DNA of 55,871 nucleotides from Firmicutes bacterium UBA5324 (GCA_002411145.1 DHRA01000012.1:39883-95753), one strand, 5' to 3'. Positions 1 to 12,077 are shown, counted from the first letter of the stretch. Program-made: numbers and translations. Notes: a model not told the origin generated them from the letters alone.

Positions 1-364
1 TCTGCGTCGTTGCTCCTGCGATCCTCGCTTCAACGTACACCCGAGTACGCCTGCGCTGCGGTTCTCGTCGCGCCTAGCATCTGCATCTTTTTAGATCGGC
101 TCTCGGCCGGGTGGATCTAAGCTAGGAACGAAGAAGTGCTAAGGCCTAAAAAGCGCGTCTGCGTCGTTGCTCCTGCGATCCTCGCTCCAACGTACACCCG
201 AGTACGCCTGCGCTCCGGTTCTCGTCGCGCCTAGCATCTGCATCTTTTTAGACCGGCTCTCGGCCGGGTGGATCTAAGCTAGGAACGAAGAAGTGCTAAG
301 GCCTAAAAAGCGCGTCTGCGTCGTTGCTCCTGCGGTCCTCACTCCAACGTACGCCTAAGTACGT
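1..364. repeat. Non-coding tandem repeat, 157-bp unit, 2 full copies (1-157, 158-314) plus a truncated diverged third copy (315 to about 364)
   Basis: Direct comparison of units shows 3 mismatches between copies 1 and 2. The unit length is not a multiple of 3 and no ORF spans the units. Copy 1 starts at base 1, so the array may extend upstream. Confidence 0.9.
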
Positions 365-482
365 GTTGCAGGGTAAATATATAAATAGCTAACTTTAATC
401 AAGGGAATACTTTATTATTGGACTTATAAACCCTTTACTTCTTGGTGTGAAAATAAAATTCCCTTCGAAGGAGGCGGAAACT

Positions 483-1031
483 ATGACCTGGATCGAAAAA
501 ACGCAAATCATGGACGCGGACGGGATTAGACGGGCGCTGGTCCGTATAGCGCACGAGATCATTGAAAAAAATAAAGGCGTGAAAAATCTGGCTCTGGTGG
601 GCATACGGCGCCGGGGGGTGCCGCTGGCCCAGCGGATTGCCGAACAAATCAAGAAGATTGAGGACGTGGATATTCCCATCGGTATACTGGATATCACCTT
701 ATATCGCGATGACATCTCGACCTTGGCGCATCAGCCCGTAATCCACAGAACGGAGATCCCCTTCCCGCTGGCGGGAAAGAAAATTGTGCTGGTGGATGAC
801 GTGCTTTATACCGGACGTACCGTGCGGGCGGCGCTGGACGCTTTAGTAGATATGGGGCGTCCCGAATTCATCCAATTGGCCGTGCTGGTGGACCGGGGGC
901 ACCGGGAACTGCCGATCCGGGCGGACTACGTGGGGAAAAACGTGCCTACTTCCAAACGTGAGATGGTGAGTGTCATGGTCAAAGGCATAGATCAGGATGA
1001 GCGTGTATTCATCCGGGAATTTACTGATTAG
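483..1031 (+). CDS. pyrR: Bifunctional pyr operon regulator / uracil phosphoribosyltransferase PyrR
   Basis: ORF track 447..1031. Start moved to ATG 483, which has a GGAGG upstream. The N-terminus [26 protein letters not shown] is PyrR-like, and the PRPP loop [12 protein letters not shown] is present. Confidence 0.9.
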   Translation: MTWIEKTQIMDADGIRRALVRIAHEIIEKNKGVKNLALVGIRRRGVPLAQRIAEQIKKIEDVDIPIGILDITLYRDDISTLAHQPVIHRTEIPFPLAGKKIVLVDDVLYTGRTVRAALDALVDMGRPEFIQLAVLVDRGHRELPIRADYVGKNVPTSKREMVSVMVKGIDQDERVFIREFTD

Positions 1032-1034
1032 CCT

Positions 1035-1137
1035 CTTTCCTTTAAACCGGTCCCGTGAGGCCAGGTAAGGAAGGTTTTAAGCTAAGCTTTGCTTATGCCG
1101 TCTAACCTCCTTCGCCTCAGGGCGGAAGGAGGTTTTT
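1035..1137 (+). promoter_or_regulatory. PyrR-binding transcription attenuator (binding stem-loop plus intrinsic terminator) between pyrR and pyrB
   Basis: UUCCUUUAAACCGGUCCCGUGAGGCCAGGUAAGGAA (about 1037-1074) resembles the PyrR site consensus ARUCCAGAGAGGYU presented in a stem-loop. The terminator is CCTCCTTCGCC-TCAG-GGCGGAAGGAGG followed by TTTTT (1106-1137). Confidence 0.75.
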
Positions 1138-1162
1138 GCATGAGTGAAAGGAGAGGGAAGAA

Positions 1163-2101
1163 TTGTACCTAAGGGGAAAAGACGTATTAGGACTGGAAAA
1201 CATGACGCCTGAGGAAATCAAGCTGATCCTGGAAACGGCGGGTCCGATGAAAGACATTATCCGCAGGGATATCAAAAAGGTGCCCACCCTCAGGGGAAAA
1301 TGCGTTGTAACCTTGTTCTATGAACCAAGCACCCGTACGCGTTCATCTTTTGAATTGGCCGGGAAATACATGGGCGCGGATGTTGTGAATATTTCCACCT
1401 CCACCAGCAGCGTAGTGAAAGGGGAAAGCCTGCGGGACACGGTCTTAACGCTGCAGGCCATGGGCGTGGACATCATTATTGTCCGCCATCCCGCGGAAGG
1501 TGCGGCCCAGTACATAGCCAGGTCGGTAAAGGCCGGAGTCATCAACGGCGGGGACGGTACCCATGAACACCCTACCCAGGCTTTACTGGATATGTTTACG
1601 ATCCGGCAGTACAAAGGAAGCCTCGCCGGCAAAAAGGTCGTTATTGTCGGCGATATTCTGCACAGCCGGGTCGCCCGCTCGAATATCTGGGGCTTGAATA
1701 AATTCGGGGCCGATGTCCATGTGGTCGGGCCCGGCACCTTGCTCCCGCCGGATATGGGAAAAATGGGCGTAACGGTTCATCACCGCATGGAGGAAGCCCT
1801 GGAGGGGGCCGACGTGGTCAATATCCTGCGTATTCAGCTGGAACGGCAGCAAAAAGGGCTCTTTCCGACCAGCCGCGAATATGCCCGTCTCTTTGGCATC
1901 AACCAACAGCGCTTGTCCTATGCCAAACCGGACGTGCTGATTATGCATCCCGGTCCGATGAACCGGGGCTTGGAAATTGCCCCGGATGTGGCCTATGACG
2001 AACGGTCGGCCATTGAAGAACAGGTGACGAACGGGGTTGCGGTACGGATGGCGTTGCTTTACTTACTGTCGGGAGGTGGCAATATTGAAATTAGTAATTA
2101 G
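1163..2101 (+). CDS. pyrB: Aspartate carbamoyltransferase catalytic subunit
   Basis: TTG start behind GGAGAGGG. STRTR, HPTQ and HPGP motifs. Confidence 0.93.
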   Translation: MYLRGKDVLGLENMTPEEIKLILETAGPMKDIIRRDIKKVPTLRGKCVVTLFYEPSTRTRSSFELAGKYMGADVVNISTSTSSVVKGESLRDTVLTLQAMGVDIIIVRHPAEGAAQYIARSVKAGVINGGDGTHEHPTQALLDMFTIRQYKGSLAGKKVVIVGDILHSRVARSNIWGLNKFGADVHVVGPGTLLPPDMGKMGVTVHHRMEEALEGADVVNILRIQLERQQKGLFPTSREYARLFGINQQRLSYAKPDVLIMHPGPMNRGLEIAPDVAYDERSAIEEQVTNGVAVRMALLYLLSGGGNIEISN

Positions 2102-3374
2102 AGGCGGCTGGATAATCGATCCCGCCCAGCAGATCAATAAAAAAGCGGATATTTTACTGGCCGAGGGGAAAATTGCCGCCATCGGTGAAGGACTGTCGGC
2201 GGCGGACGCGCAGGTAATCGACGCGACCGGCAAATATGTCGTGCCCGGACTCATCGATATGCACGTACATTTACGGGACCCCGGGCTTGAAGCAAAAGAA
2301 GATATTTATACCGGGACGAGGGCGGCGGCCATGGGCGGCTTTACTTCCGTAGCCTGCATGCCGAATACCAGACCGGTTATCGATAATATCAGCGGCATTG
2401 GCTATGTGCAAAACCGGGCCCAAAGCGCGGGCGCGGTCAATGTTTATCCCATCGGCGCCATTACCAAGGGATCGGAGGGAAAGGAACTGGCGGAAATCGG
2501 CGACATGGTACAGGCGGGGGCAGTGGCTGTCTCCGATGACGGGAAACCGGTAAGTAACGCCCAGGTCATGCGTCTGGCCTTTGAATATGCCAAAATGTTT
2601 GATATCCCGGTTATCGCCCATAGCGAAGACCTGTACCTGGCCGAAGGCGGGCAGATGCACGAGGGCTATGTTTCAACCGTGCTGGGTTTGAAGGGGATTC
2701 CCGCGGCGGCGGAAGAGGTGATGATTGCCCGGGACTGTCTGCTGGCGGAATATACCGGGGGCAGGCTGCATGTGGCCCATGTAAGCACCGCCGGCGCGGT
2801 GGAAATTATCCGCCGGGCCAAAGCCCGGGGGGTAAAGGTTACGGCGGAAGTGACGCCGCATCATCTGACCCTTACCGATGAAGCGGTGCGCGGTTTTGAC
2901 ACCAACACGAAAGTGAATCCGCCCCTGCGGGGAACGGCTGATATCGCGGCCTTAATCGCGGGCCTAAAGGACGGTACCATTGACAGCATTGCCACTGACC
3001 ACGCACCCCACGCCTTTGAGGAAAAGGATGTGGAATATCGTTATGCTCCCTTTGGCATATCCGGTTTGGAAACGGCAGTGCCGCTGGTGTTGCAGGCGCT
3101 GGTCCACAGCGGCGAAATGAAGCTTGAGGAAGTCGTAGCCGCCATGACGCTGCAACCCGCGCGGATTCTCGGCCTTGATAAGGGGACGCTGGAAACCGGT
3201 AAAGATGCGGATGTGACGATCCTTGATCCCGCTTTTGAGCATACGCTCGATCCGCAGCGGTTCGTCTCCAAAGGGAAGAATTCTCCCTACGGAGGCCGTC
3301 AGGTGAAAGGCAGGGTAGTGGCGACAATTGTAGCCGGAGAAGTTGTAATGCAGGAAGGAAGGTTGTTAAAATGA
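2085..3374 (+). CDS. pyrC: Dihydroorotase
   Basis: [17 protein letters not shown] and ATDHAPH metal-ligand motifs. Start placed at TTG 2085 behind GGAGGTG, because the ORF-track start 2037 lies inside pyrB. Confidence 0.9.
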   Translation: MKLVIRGGWIIDPAQQINKKADILLAEGKIAAIGEGLSAADAQVIDATGKYVVPGLIDMHVHLRDPGLEAKEDIYTGTRAAAMGGFTSVACMPNTRPVIDNISGIGYVQNRAQSAGAVNVYPIGAITKGSEGKELAEIGDMVQAGAVAVSDDGKPVSNAQVMRLAFEYAKMFDIPVIAHSEDLYLAEGGQMHEGYVSTVLGLKGIPAAAEEVMIARDCLLAEYTGGRLHVAHVSTAGAVEIIRRAKARGVKVTAEVTPHHLTLTDEAVRGFDTNTKVNPPLRGTADIAALIAGLKDGTIDSIATDHAPHAFEEKDVEYRYAPFGISGLETAVPLVLQALVHSGEMKLEEVVAAMTLQPARILGLDKGTLETGKDADVTILDPAFEHTLDPQRFVSKGKNSPYGGRQVKGRVVATIVAGEVVMQEGRLLK

Positions 3375-4453
3375 TCGGTAAACTGGTGCTTGAAGACGGA
3401 GCGGTGCTTACAGGGAAAGCCCGGGGAGCCCAGGGCTGCTCGACAGGGGAAGTAGTGTTCAATACAGGGATGACCGGCTTTCAGGAAATCCTCACTGATC
3501 CTTCCTATTGCGGACAGATTATTACCATGACATATCCGCTCATCGGCAATTATGGCATTGCGCCGGTGGCTAACGAATCCCGGCGGCCTTACGCCCGGGG
3601 CTTTATTGTGCGGGAAATCTGCAATCGCCCCAGTCACTGGCGGTCTGGACAGAGCCTGGACAGTTTTCTCCGGGAGCATAATATCATTTGTCTCGAAGGG
3701 GTGGACACCCGGGCCTTGACCCGCCGGATCCGCGAGCATGGTACGATGAAGGGCATTATCTGTTCCGATGAAACCGGCGTGGATGAATTATTGGCGCGGA
3801 TGCGTGCAGGCGTGGGTGATGTACCGGAATTGGTCCGGGAAGTCACCACCCAACACATGTATCGCATCGCCGGGCCGGGACCACGGGTAGTGGTGATGGA
3901 TTTTGGCTGTAAAGAAAACATTCTGCGCCGTCTCCACCATCATGGCTGTGACCTGACGGTAGTGCCCGCCGGGACAAAGGCGGCGGAAATATTGTCCTAT
4001 AATCCCGACGGAATCTTTCTTTCCAACGGCCCCGGGGATCCGAAGGACGTGCCTTACGCTCTGGAAACCATCAAGGAGCTCATCGGCCGCAAACCGGTCT
4101 TCGGCATTTGTCTGGGACATCAGCTGCTGGCCCTGGCTTTCGGGGCGGATACCTATAAACTGAAATTCGGTCACCGGGGCGCCAATCATCCGGTGAAAGA
4201 CCTGATCAGCGGCCGGGTAAATATCACCTCCCAAAACCACGGTTACAGCGTGGACGAACAGACGATGGACGGCTGTGATCTGGTGGTAACCCACCGGGGG
4301 CTCAACGACAACACGGTGGAAGGCATGCGTCACCGTACGCTGCCTGTGTTCTCCGTGCAATATCACCCGGAAGCAGCTCCCGGACCCCAGGAAAATGAAT
4401 ATTTATTTGGCCAGTTTATGGACCTGATGACAGGAGGGAGCAAGCATGCCTAG
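3371..4453 (+). CDS. carA: Carbamoyl-phosphate synthase small (glutaminase) subunit
   Basis: GATase triad context GICLGHQ and QYHPE. ATGA overlap with the pyrC stop. Confidence 0.93.
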   Translation: MIGKLVLEDGAVLTGKARGAQGCSTGEVVFNTGMTGFQEILTDPSYCGQIITMTYPLIGNYGIAPVANESRRPYARGFIVREICNRPSHWRSGQSLDSFLREHNIICLEGVDTRALTRRIREHGTMKGIICSDETGVDELLARMRAGVGDVPELVREVTTQHMYRIAGPGPRVVVMDFGCKENILRRLHHHGCDLTVVPAGTKAAEILSYNPDGIFLSNGPGDPKDVPYALETIKELIGRKPVFGICLGHQLLALAFGADTYKLKFGHRGANHPVKDLISGRVNITSQNHGYSVDEQTMDGCDLVVTHRGLNDNTVEGMRHRTLPVFSVQYHPEAAPGPQENEYLFGQFMDLMTGGSKHA

Positions 4454-7400
4454 ACACAGCGGACTGCAGAAAGTAATGGTCATCGGTTCAGGACCAATCA
4501 TTATCGGTCAGGCGGCGGAATTTGACTATGCGGGGACCCAGGCCTGCCGGGCTTTGAAAGAAGAAGGGCTGGAGGTTGTGCTGGTTAATTCCAACCCGGC
4601 CACCATCATGACCGATGCCAATATTGCCGATCATGTTTATATTGAGCCCTTGACCCCGGAATTCGTCGCCCGGATTATCCGTAAAGAGAAACCGGATGGT
4701 TTGTTGCCCACTTTAGGGGGACAAGTTGGCCTGAACATCGCCGTGGAACTGGCGGAGCAAGGTGTGTTGGAGGCGGAAAGCGTGCGCCTGCTGGGCACAG
4801 CCCTGACCTCCATTAAACGGGCGGAAGACCGGGAATTGTTCAAGGCGATGATGCAGGAAATTGCCGAACCGGTGCCCGAAAGCACCATTGTCAGCGACCT
4901 GGAAAGCGCGCTGGCCTTTGCCAAAAAAATTGGTTACCCGCTGATCGTGCGTCCCGCATATACATTGGGGGGCACCGGCGGCGGGATTGCTTATAATGAT
5001 GAGGAACTGAAAGCCACTACCATCAAAGGCCTCAAATACAGTATCATTAATCAGGTGCTGATTGAGCGCAGTGTGGCGGGCTGGAAGGAAATTGAATACG
5101 AAGTAATGCGGGATAGCGCCGACAATTGTATTACGGTCTGCAATATGGAAAACCTCGACCCGGTTGGCATTCACACCGGCGACAGCATTGTCGTGGCACC
5201 TTCCCAAACCCTGAACGACAAAGAATATCAGCTGCTGCGTTCCGCATCCTTAAAAATTATTCGTGCGCTGGGGATTGAAGGCGGCTGCAATGTGCAGTAT
5301 GCGCTGGATCCCTACAGTGAAAAGTACTACGTTATCGAAGTTAATCCGCGGGTTAGCCGTTCAAGTGCCCTGGCCTCCAAGGCCACCGGCTATCCCATCG
5401 CCAAAGTGGCCACCAAAATTGCCATTGGCTATCAGCTTGACGAAATCCCCAATGCCGTGACGCTCAAGACACCGGCTTGCTTTGAACCAACGCTGGATTA
5501 CGTGGTTGTAAAATTCCCCCGCTGGCCCTTTGACAAATTCTCTTTTGCCGACCGGATTTTGGGGACGCAGATGAAGGCGACCGGTGAAGTTATGGCCATT
5601 GACCGTACTTTTGAAGCGGCGCTGTTAAAAGCTATTCGTTCCCTGGAAATTGGCTTGCATGGTTTAGAACTGCCGCATTTGCAAGAACTGAGTCTGGAAA
5701 AGATCAAAGAACGCCTGCATGACGCCCATGATGAGCGCCTGTTCGTGCTGGCCGAGGCCCTGCGCCGGGGCATCACCATTGACGAAATCCAGGCGATTAC
5801 GAAAATCGACATCTTCTTTTTAGATAAACTGTATAATATTGTGCAGATGGAACAACAATTGCAACAAGGGGAAAATCCGGTGGTCCTGCAGGAAGCAAAG
5901 CGCCTGGGTTTCGCCGACCGCACCATCGCGGCGGTCCGGAAAACGGCGGACGAAGACATTGCCAGGCTGCGCAAAGAGCAAGGACTGAAACCGGTCTATA
6001 AAATGGTAGATACTTGCGCCGCCGAGTTTGAGGCGACCACCCCCTATTACTACTCGACCTATGAAAGCGAAGATGAGGTTACGCCCACGACGGACCGGAA
6101 GGTACTGGTGCTGGGTTCGGGACCCATCCGGATTGGCCAGGGGGTGGAGTTTGACTATTGTTCCGTACACTCGGTGTGGGCGTTGCGGGAGATGGGGATC
6201 GAATCCATTATTATTAATAATAACCCGGAAACGGTAAGTACGGACTTTGACACTTCCGACCGCTTATATTTTGAGCCCCTTACCCCGGAAGACGTGTTGA
6301 ACATTATTGAAAAAGAACAGCCGGAAGGGGTTATTGTGCAGTTTGGCGGGCAAACCGCCATTAATCTGGCCGGTCCTTTAGCGAAAACCGGCGTCAAAAT
6401 ATTGGGGACCGCCGTGGAAGATATCGATGCGGCGGAAGACCGGGAACGCTTTGACCAGCTTTTGACCACGCTGAATATACCACGGCCGGCGGGTGCCACG
6501 GTTACCAACGCGGCGGACGCGGTGGCGGCGGCGGAGCGAGTCGGCTACCCGGTAGTGGTACGGCCTTCCTACGTATTAGGCGGGCGGGCCATGGAAATCG
6601 TTTACAACTCGGATGACCTCCGCTATTACATGGAAACTGCCGTCCAGGCATCACCGGATCACCCGGTGCTGGTGGACAAATATATGGAAGGCAAAGAAGT
6701 GGAAGTGGACGCTATTTCCGACGGGACCGGCGTGCTGATTCCCGGCATTATGGAGCACATTGAGCGGGCCGGGGTCCATTCCGGCGACAGTATCGCCGTT
6801 TATCCGCCCCGTACGCTCAGCCCGGCAACCATCGATACTCTGGTGGACTACACGGAACGCATCGCCAGAGAACTGAAGGTCAAAGGTTTAATCAATATCC
6901 AGTACGTCATTTATGAAGACCAGGTATATGTCCTGGAAGTAAATCCGCGTTCCAGCCGGACGGTACCCTATCTGAGCAAAATTACCGGGATTCCCATGGT
7001 AAATATCGCCACCCGCATTTGTCTGGGGGAAACCTTGGAGAAACAAGGCTATAAAGGTGGTCTGATGCCGGATATCCACTTTACGGCCATAAAGGTACCG
7101 GTATTCTCCTTTGCCAAGCTGCTGAAGGTGGATGTTTCCCTTGGTCCGGAGATGAAATCCACGGGCGAAGTCATGGGTCTGGATACAAACTATTCCTTCG
7201 CCCTGTATAAAGCGCTGCTGGGCGCGGGCATGCAGATTCCGGAAAAGGGAACAGTGCTGGCGACCATCGCCGATAAGGATAAGGAAGAAGCGCTTCATAT
7301 TTTACGGGGTTTTGCCGATCTCGGGTTCACCCTCTACGGGACCGGCGGCACCGCTCAATACTTGGATAAGAACGGTTTGCCGGTGAAACGGGTGGCCAAA

Positions 7401-7658
7401 ATTGACGAGGCTTCGCCCAACTTGTTGGATGCCATTAAAGGCGGGGAAGTGCAACTGGTGATCAACACCATTACCAAAGGCAAGGAACCCCAACGGGATG
7501 GATTTAAAATCCGCCGGGCGACGGTGGAGCATTCCATTCCCTGTCTGACCTCCCTGGACACGGCCCGGGAGATGCTGGGCGTGCTGCAGACACTGCGCCA
7601 GCAGCCTCACTACCAGCTGAAATCGCTGCAGGAATATCTGCGGGAAGGGGGACGCTGA
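4446..7658 (+). CDS. carB: Carbamoyl-phosphate synthase large subunit
   Basis: 1070 aa with duplicated ATP-grasp halves (two GSGPIxIGQ..EFDY starts) and an MGS-like C-terminus. Overlaps the carA end. Confidence 0.95.
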   Translation: MPRHSGLQKVMVIGSGPIIIGQAAEFDYAGTQACRALKEEGLEVVLVNSNPATIMTDANIADHVYIEPLTPEFVARIIRKEKPDGLLPTLGGQVGLNIAVELAEQGVLEAESVRLLGTALTSIKRAEDRELFKAMMQEIAEPVPESTIVSDLESALAFAKKIGYPLIVRPAYTLGGTGGGIAYNDEELKATTIKGLKYSIINQVLIERSVAGWKEIEYEVMRDSADNCITVCNMENLDPVGIHTGDSIVVAPSQTLNDKEYQLLRSASLKIIRALGIEGGCNVQYALDPYSEKYYVIEVNPRVSRSSALASKATGYPIAKVATKIAIGYQLDEIPNAVTLKTPACFEPTLDYVVVKFPRWPFDKFSFADRILGTQMKATGEVMAIDRTFEAALLKAIRSLEIGLHGLELPHLQELSLEKIKERLHDAHDERLFVLAEALRRGITIDEIQAITKIDIFFLDKLYNIVQMEQQLQQGENPVVLQEAKRLGFADRTIAAVRKTADEDIARLRKEQGLKPVYKMVDTCAAEFEATTPYYYSTYESEDEVTPTTDRKVLVLGSGPIRIGQGVEFDYCSVHSVWALREMGIESIIINNNPETVSTDFDTSDRLYFEPLTPEDVLNIIEKEQPEGVIVQFGGQTAINLAGPLAKTGVKILGTAVEDIDAAEDRERFDQLLTTLNIPRPAGATVTNAADAVAAAERVGYPVVVRPSYVLGGRAMEIVYNSDDLRYYMETAVQASPDHPVLVDKYMEGKEVEVDAISDGTGVLIPGIMEHIERAGVHSGDSIAVYPPRTLSPATIDTLVDYTERIARELKVKGLINIQYVIYEDQVYVLEVNPRSSRTVPYLSKITGIPMVNIATRICLGETLEKQGYKGGLMPDIHFTAIKVPVFSFAKLLKVDVSLGPEMKSTGEVMGLDTNYSFALYKALLGAGMQIPEKGTVLATIADKDKEEALHILRGFADLGFTLYGTGGTAQYLDKNGLPVKRVAKIDEASPNLLDAIKGGEVQLVINTITKGKEPQRDGFKIRRATVEHSIPCLTSLDTAREMLGVLQTLRQQPHYQLKSLQEYLREGGR

Positions 7659-7660
7659 AC

Positions 7661-8437
7661 ATGTGGCAAGGCCGTACCCGTTTATTAGCGCAAAACACGC
7701 TGCCTTGCGATGTCAGGCAAATGGTGCTGGAGGCGCCGGAATTGGTCAATTTAGCCAAAGCGGGGCAATTCGTACACGTGCGCTGCGGTGATGATTATGA
7801 TCCTTTATTGCGCCGGCCCATCAGCATTAACCGGCTAGATCCGGTCCAGGGCCGTCTGACCCTGCTTTATAAAATAATGGGGCACGGCACCGAACAGCTG
7901 TCCCGTTACGGCGCCGGCGATTACGTGGATATTATGGGACCGTTAGGCACCGGTTTCGCCCTGCAGGGAGAAAAACCGCTGCTCATTGGGGGCGGCCTGG
8001 GGATCGCCCCTTTGCTGGCCCTGGCCGACGCCTTGGCTCCCCGGACGGTGACAATGGTGATGGGGGCCCGGAACGCGGCGGGCTTGATCTGTCATGACGA
8101 TTTTGCGGACGTCTGCGGTGGCCTGCATGTCGCCACCAATGACGGCAGCGCAGGTTATGGCGGGCACGCGCCGGTACTGGCGGAAGAACTGTTTGCCCGG
8201 CATGGCCATGACATGATTTACGCCTGCGGGCCCGTGCCGATGCTGCGTTATATCCAGCAGATGAGTGCGCGTTTGGCGATTCCCTGCCAATTGTCGCTGG
8301 AAGAATTCATGGCCTGCGGTGTGGGTGCCTGCCTCGGCTGCACCTGCCAACCGGCCGGCGAGGGCGCGCCTTATAAAAAAGTGTGCACCGACGGCCCGGT
8401 ATTTTGGAGCGGGGAGGTAATACTCCATGACCACTAA
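7661..8437 (+). CDS. pyrK: Dihydroorotate dehydrogenase B electron-transfer subunit
   Basis: Ferredoxin-reductase-like fold with C-terminal 2Fe-2S cysteines [11 protein letters not shown]. Lies between carB and pyrD. Confidence 0.88.
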   Translation: MWQGRTRLLAQNTLPCDVRQMVLEAPELVNLAKAGQFVHVRCGDDYDPLLRRPISINRLDPVQGRLTLLYKIMGHGTEQLSRYGAGDYVDIMGPLGTGFALQGEKPLLIGGGLGIAPLLALADALAPRTVTMVMGARNAAGLICHDDFADVCGGLHVATNDGSAGYGGHAPVLAEELFARHGHDMIYACGPVPMLRYIQQMSARLAIPCQLSLEEFMACGVGACLGCTCQPAGEGAPYKKVCTDGPVFWSGEVILHDH

Positions 8438-9341
8438 ACCTGATTTAGCGGTAAAAATAGCCGGCTTGCACCTGAAAAATCCCGTAATGACCGCTTCCGG
8501 CACCTTTGGCTTCGGCAAAGAATATGCGCCCTTCGTGGATTTAAACCAGTTGGGGGCCATTGTGGTGAAAGGGACGACGCTGAACCCCCGCCTGGGTAAT
8601 GCCGGACGCCGTTTGGTGGAGACTCCGGCCGGTATGCTGAATTCCATTGGTTTGGAAAATCCCGGGGTGGAACACTTTATTGCCCATGAACTGCCCAATT
8701 TAAAAAAATTTGCTGTGCCGGTAATTGTGAATATTTCCGGACATTCCATAGATGAATACCGTGAATTGGCGGCCATACTGGACATTGACGGAGTAGCCGC
8801 CGTGGAAGTCAACATTTCCTGTCCGAATGTGCGGGAGGGCGGTTTAGTATTCGGCACCGACTGTGCGAGTGCGGGCAGTGTGGTGCGGGCCGTGCGCCGG
8901 GCGACCGGAAGAACCGTGATTGCGAAACTTTCGCCCAATGTAACCGACATAGTTTCCATTGCTAAAGCGGTGGCCGACGCCGGGGCCGACGCCCTTTCCT
9001 TAATCAATACATTGTTGGGGATGGCTATTGACATTCGTACCCGCCGGCCTAAACTTGGCAACATTGTGGGCGGCTTGTCCGGCCCGGCCGTGAAACCGGT
9101 CGCTCTGCGCCTGGTTTGGCAGGTTGCCAAGGCTGTACCCCTGCCGATCATCGGCATGGGCGGGATCATGACCGGCGAAGACGCGGTGGAATTTCTCCTG
9201 GCCGGGGCCACGGCCGTCGCCGTAGGCACGGCGAATTTTGTCAATCCCCGGGCCACCCTGGAGGTGGCGGAGGGCATTGGACAGTATCTGTGTGAAAATA
9301 ACCTTTCCTCCGTACAGGAGATTATTGGCGCCTTAAATTAA
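8427..9341 (+). CDS. pyrD: Dihydroorotate dehydrogenase B catalytic subunit
   Basis: Class 1B DHODH motifs NISCPN and IIGMGGI. GGAGG RBS. Overlaps pyrK. Confidence 0.92.
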   Translation: MTTKPDLAVKIAGLHLKNPVMTASGTFGFGKEYAPFVDLNQLGAIVVKGTTLNPRLGNAGRRLVETPAGMLNSIGLENPGVEHFIAHELPNLKKFAVPVIVNISGHSIDEYRELAAILDIDGVAAVEVNISCPNVREGGLVFGTDCASAGSVVRAVRRATGRTVIAKLSPNVTDIVSIAKAVADAGADALSLINTLLGMAIDIRTRRPKLGNIVGGLSGPAVKPVALRLVWQVAKAVPLPIIGMGGIMTGEDAVEFLLAGATAVAVGTANFVNPRATLEVAEGIGQYLCENNLSSVQEIIGALN

Positions 9342-9441
9342 TGCAAAAAGAAGTGGGTCATACTCAATGCCCGTGAAAAAGCTGAGTGGCCGCACTCCAA
9401 GTGCCCGCTCAGTAATAGGTTACATAAGGGGGAATCAGCCC

Positions 9442-10170
9442 GTGTCAAAAGTGCAGGACAAATTAATCGTGGCGCTGGATGTTGCCAATATTGAAGATGC
9501 GGAAGTGCTGGTGGAAAAGCTGGCGCCCCACGTGGGAGCCTTCAAAATCGGGATGCAGCTCTTTTATAGTGAAGGGCATCGTGTGCTTGCCATGACTGCG
9601 GCCAAAGGTGGTCAAGTCTTTTTGGATCTGAAGTTGCATGACATACCCAATACGGTGGCCCGGGCCTGCGATGCGCTGGTGCTGCCGGGGGTATTCATGT
9701 TCAATGTGCATGCTGCCGGCGGTTTGGAAATGATGCGGCAAGCGGCCCACAGCACCCGGGAACGGGCCAAAGACCTGGGGGTGTCCAAACCGGTTCTCCT
9801 CGGCGTTACCGTGCTGACCAGCATTGATGCGGAGACCCTGAAAAGTGTCAATGTGGAGGTTTCACCCCAGGAACAGGTGGTGACCCTGGCCCGGCTCGCC
9901 CAGCAAGCGGGACTTGACGGGGTAGTGGCTTCACCCCATGAAATCAGCAGCATTCGTGCCGCCTGCGGGCCGCACTTTGTAATCTTAACTCCGGGCATCC
10001 GCCCCGCCGGGGCTGCGGCAAACGATCAGAAACGCACCGCCACTCCGGGTGAAGCAGTACGGGCGGGAGCTGATTATCTGGTGGTGGGACGGCCTATTAC
10101 CGCCGCGGCCGATCCTGTGAAGGCGGCCAGGGCAATTTTAGCGGAGATGGAGGAAGCATATGTTAAGTGA
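9442..10170 (+). CDS. pyrF: Orotidine 5'-phosphate decarboxylase
   Basis: LIVALDV and DLKLHDIPNT motifs. Start chosen at GTG 9442 behind AAGGGGGA. The ORF-track ATG 9367 would add an atypical 25-aa extension. Confidence 0.88.
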   Translation: MSKVQDKLIVALDVANIEDAEVLVEKLAPHVGAFKIGMQLFYSEGHRVLAMTAAKGGQVFLDLKLHDIPNTVARACDALVLPGVFMFNVHAAGGLEMMRQAAHSTRERAKDLGVSKPVLLGVTVLTSIDAETLKSVNVEVSPQEQVVTLARLAQQAGLDGVVASPHEISSIRAACGPHFVILTPGIRPAGAAANDQKRTATPGEAVRAGADYLVVGRPITAAADPVKAARAILAEMEEAYVK

Positions 10171-10735
10171 ACAAGAAGTAAAAGACTTATTTGTAAAAAG
10201 CGGGGCTATGCTTGAAGGGCACTTTCTGCTGACCTCGGGCAAGCATAGTCCGATGTATCTGGAAAAATTCCAGGTTCTTCAGCATCCCGCATATACGGCG
10301 CAAATGGGACAGTCCCTGGCGGAACTCTTTGCCGCTGCTAATGTGCAATTGGTGGTGGGACCCGCCACGGGCGGGATTTTACTGGCCCACGAGGTCGGTA
10401 AAAACCTGGGTACGCGGGCGGTCTTTACGGAGCGGGAGAATGGTAAAATGGTCTTAAAACGCGGTTTTATCATTCAACCCGGCGAGCGGGTACTGATTGT
10501 GGAGGATATCGTAACCACCGGCGGTTCCGTGCAGGAAGTGATTGAGATCGTAAAAGCGCTGGGCGGTGAAATCGTCGGCATCGGCCTGCTGGTAGACCGC
10601 AGCGGCGGCAAAGTGAATTTTGGCGTGCCGCAGAAGGCCTTGCTGACCCTGGAAGTTGCCGCTTATCAACCGGAACAGTGCCCCCTGTGCAAAGAGGGAG
10701 TGCCTCTGACCAAGCGGGGAAGAACAGGGAAATAG
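10160..10735 (+). CDS. pyrE: Orotate phosphoribosyltransferase
   Basis: PRPP loop VLIVEDIVTTGGS. GGAGGA RBS. Overlaps the pyrF end. Confidence 0.92.
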   Translation: MLSEQEVKDLFVKSGAMLEGHFLLTSGKHSPMYLEKFQVLQHPAYTAQMGQSLAELFAAANVQLVVGPATGGILLAHEVGKNLGTRAVFTERENGKMVLKRGFIIQPGERVLIVEDIVTTGGSVQEVIEIVKALGGEIVGIGLLVDRSGGKVNFGVPQKALLTLEVAAYQPEQCPLCKEGVPLTKRGRTGK

Positions 10736-10751
10736 AAATAGAGTTTACAAA

Positions 10752-10792
10752 GTCCGTGACTGTATCGGTTGGTACAGTCACGGACTTTTTTT
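10752..10792 (+). terminator. Intrinsic terminator of the pyr operon
   Basis: GTCCGTGACTGTA / TACAGTCACGGAC 13-bp stem followed by T7. Confidence 0.85.
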
Positions 10793-11000
10793 GCACACAT
10801 ATAGTCGTTATATTAATAACTACGCATTATGGGCGATGGAAGCGTCGCAGGGTATGAAGAAAAAGGAACCTGTAGCGGGTGTTTATGAATAATATTAGAA
10901 AGAGAGACGTAAAGTGAGGGCCAAGGTCAAAGCATGAGGTGATTATTGGATGCCATGCAGGATCGGCATGGCACACCATTTTGCGGGAGGATGAGGAAGA

Positions 11001-12077
11001 GTGGCGGATAAATTACGCGTGGGCGTTATATTCGGGGGGCGGTCCGCTGAACATGATATTTCCGTCATGTCTGCGAAAAATATTCTCAGCCTGCTTTCCC
11101 AGGCGAAATACAAGGTTGTGCCCATCGGCATTACACGGGAGGGCAATTGCCTCTTAGTGGAGGATGTTGCCCGGGCCATCAAAAAGCTGGAGAGAGATCG
11201 GAAACTCTCTTTTCAGGATGTGATACCGCCGGAAAATATTTTTCCTTCGGAAAAAATTTTCTCCTTTATTAAACAGGACATTGATCTGGTTTTTCCTGTG
11301 CTGCATGGCCGCAATGGTGAGGACGGAACGCTGCAGGGCGTATGTGAGCTGGCGGATGTACCCTATGTAGGGAGCGGTGTTATGGCTTCTGCGCTGGCCA
11401 TGGATAAAGCGGCGACGAAAAAGATCCTGTCCGCGCATCATATACCGGTGGTAAAGGCGCAGGTTGTGGCGCGCAGGCGATGGGAGGATTCGCCGGAAGA
11501 GGTCATAAAATATGTCAGTGACGAGATTAAGTATCCCTGTTTTGTAAAACCGGTCAACACGGGTTCCAGTATCGGTATCAGCAAAGTCCAACACCAGGAA
11601 GAACTTAAAGAAGCGCTGGCAGCCGCCGCGCTGCACGACCGGCAATTGCTCATTGAGACAGCCGTGGAAGGACGGGAGATTGAAGTGGCTGTGCTCGGAA
11701 ATGAAACGCCCCAGGCCTCTGTACCCGGCGAGATCGTTACCTCCCGTCCGTTTTATGATTATGAGGCCAAGTATACTGATGGTTGTGCCCAACTCTCTAT
11801 ACCGGCGGATTTGCCCGCCCGGACAACGGAGAAAATGCAAAAATTCGCGCTTCAGGCTTTTAAAGCGCTGGATTGCGCGGGGATGGCCCGGGTAGATTTT
11901 TTCCTGTCCCGCAGCGGGAAAATTTATGTTAACGAAATTAATACTATTCCGGGTTTTACATCCTTTAGCATGTATCCTCAACTGTGGGAAAAGACGGGAA
12001 TTGACGGAGAATCGCTGGTTGACAAACTGATTGAGTTGGCCATGGAACGTTATCGGGAAAAAACTTATGTAAAATAG
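11001..12077 (+). CDS. ddl: D-alanine--D-alanine ligase
   Basis: GTG start behind GGAGGATGAGGA. VIFGGRSAEHDIS, GRNGEDGTLQG and EINTIPGFT motifs. Confidence 0.92.
   Translation: MADKLRVGVIFGGRSAEHDISVMSAKNILSLLSQAKYKVVPIGITREGNCLLVEDVARAIKKLERDRKLSFQDVIPPENIFPSEKIFSFIKQDIDLVFPVLHGRNGEDGTLQGVCELADVPYVGSGVMASALAMDKAATKKILSAHHIPVVKAQVVARRRWEDSPEEVIKYVSDEIKYPCFVKPVNTGSSIGISKVQHQEELKEALAAAALHDRQLLIETAVEGREIEVAVLGNETPQASVPGEIVTSRPFYDYEAKYTDGCAQLSIPADLPARTTEKMQKFALQAFKALDCAGMARVDFFLSRSGKIYVNEINTIPGFTSFSMYPQLWEKTGIDGESLVDKLIELAMERYREKTYVK

Noticed and set aside
1-364. Possible CRISPR array
   Set aside because: The repeats are contiguous 157-bp units with no unique spacers, and no cas genes are nearby. 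The Cas4-like nuclease at 29610 belongs to a helicase operon 29 kb away.
447-482. Upstream starts of several ORF-track entries (pyrR 447, pyrC 2037, metK 39886, fhaA-like 48676, DUF116 45245, ATPase 15850)
   Set aside because: The extensions lack RBS support, overlap upstream genes or riboswitches, and add residues not found in the respective families. Internal starts with SD sequences were used instead.
7943-9277. 444-aa ORF on the minus strand
   Set aside because: It is entirely antisense to the well-supported pyrK and pyrD genes. The product is low-complexity and rich in Ala/Arg/Pro/Thr, which is typical of spurious antisense frames in GC-rich coding DNA.
11154-11981. 275-aa minus-strand ORF
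   Set aside because: Antisense to ddl, with no RBS or recognisable domain.
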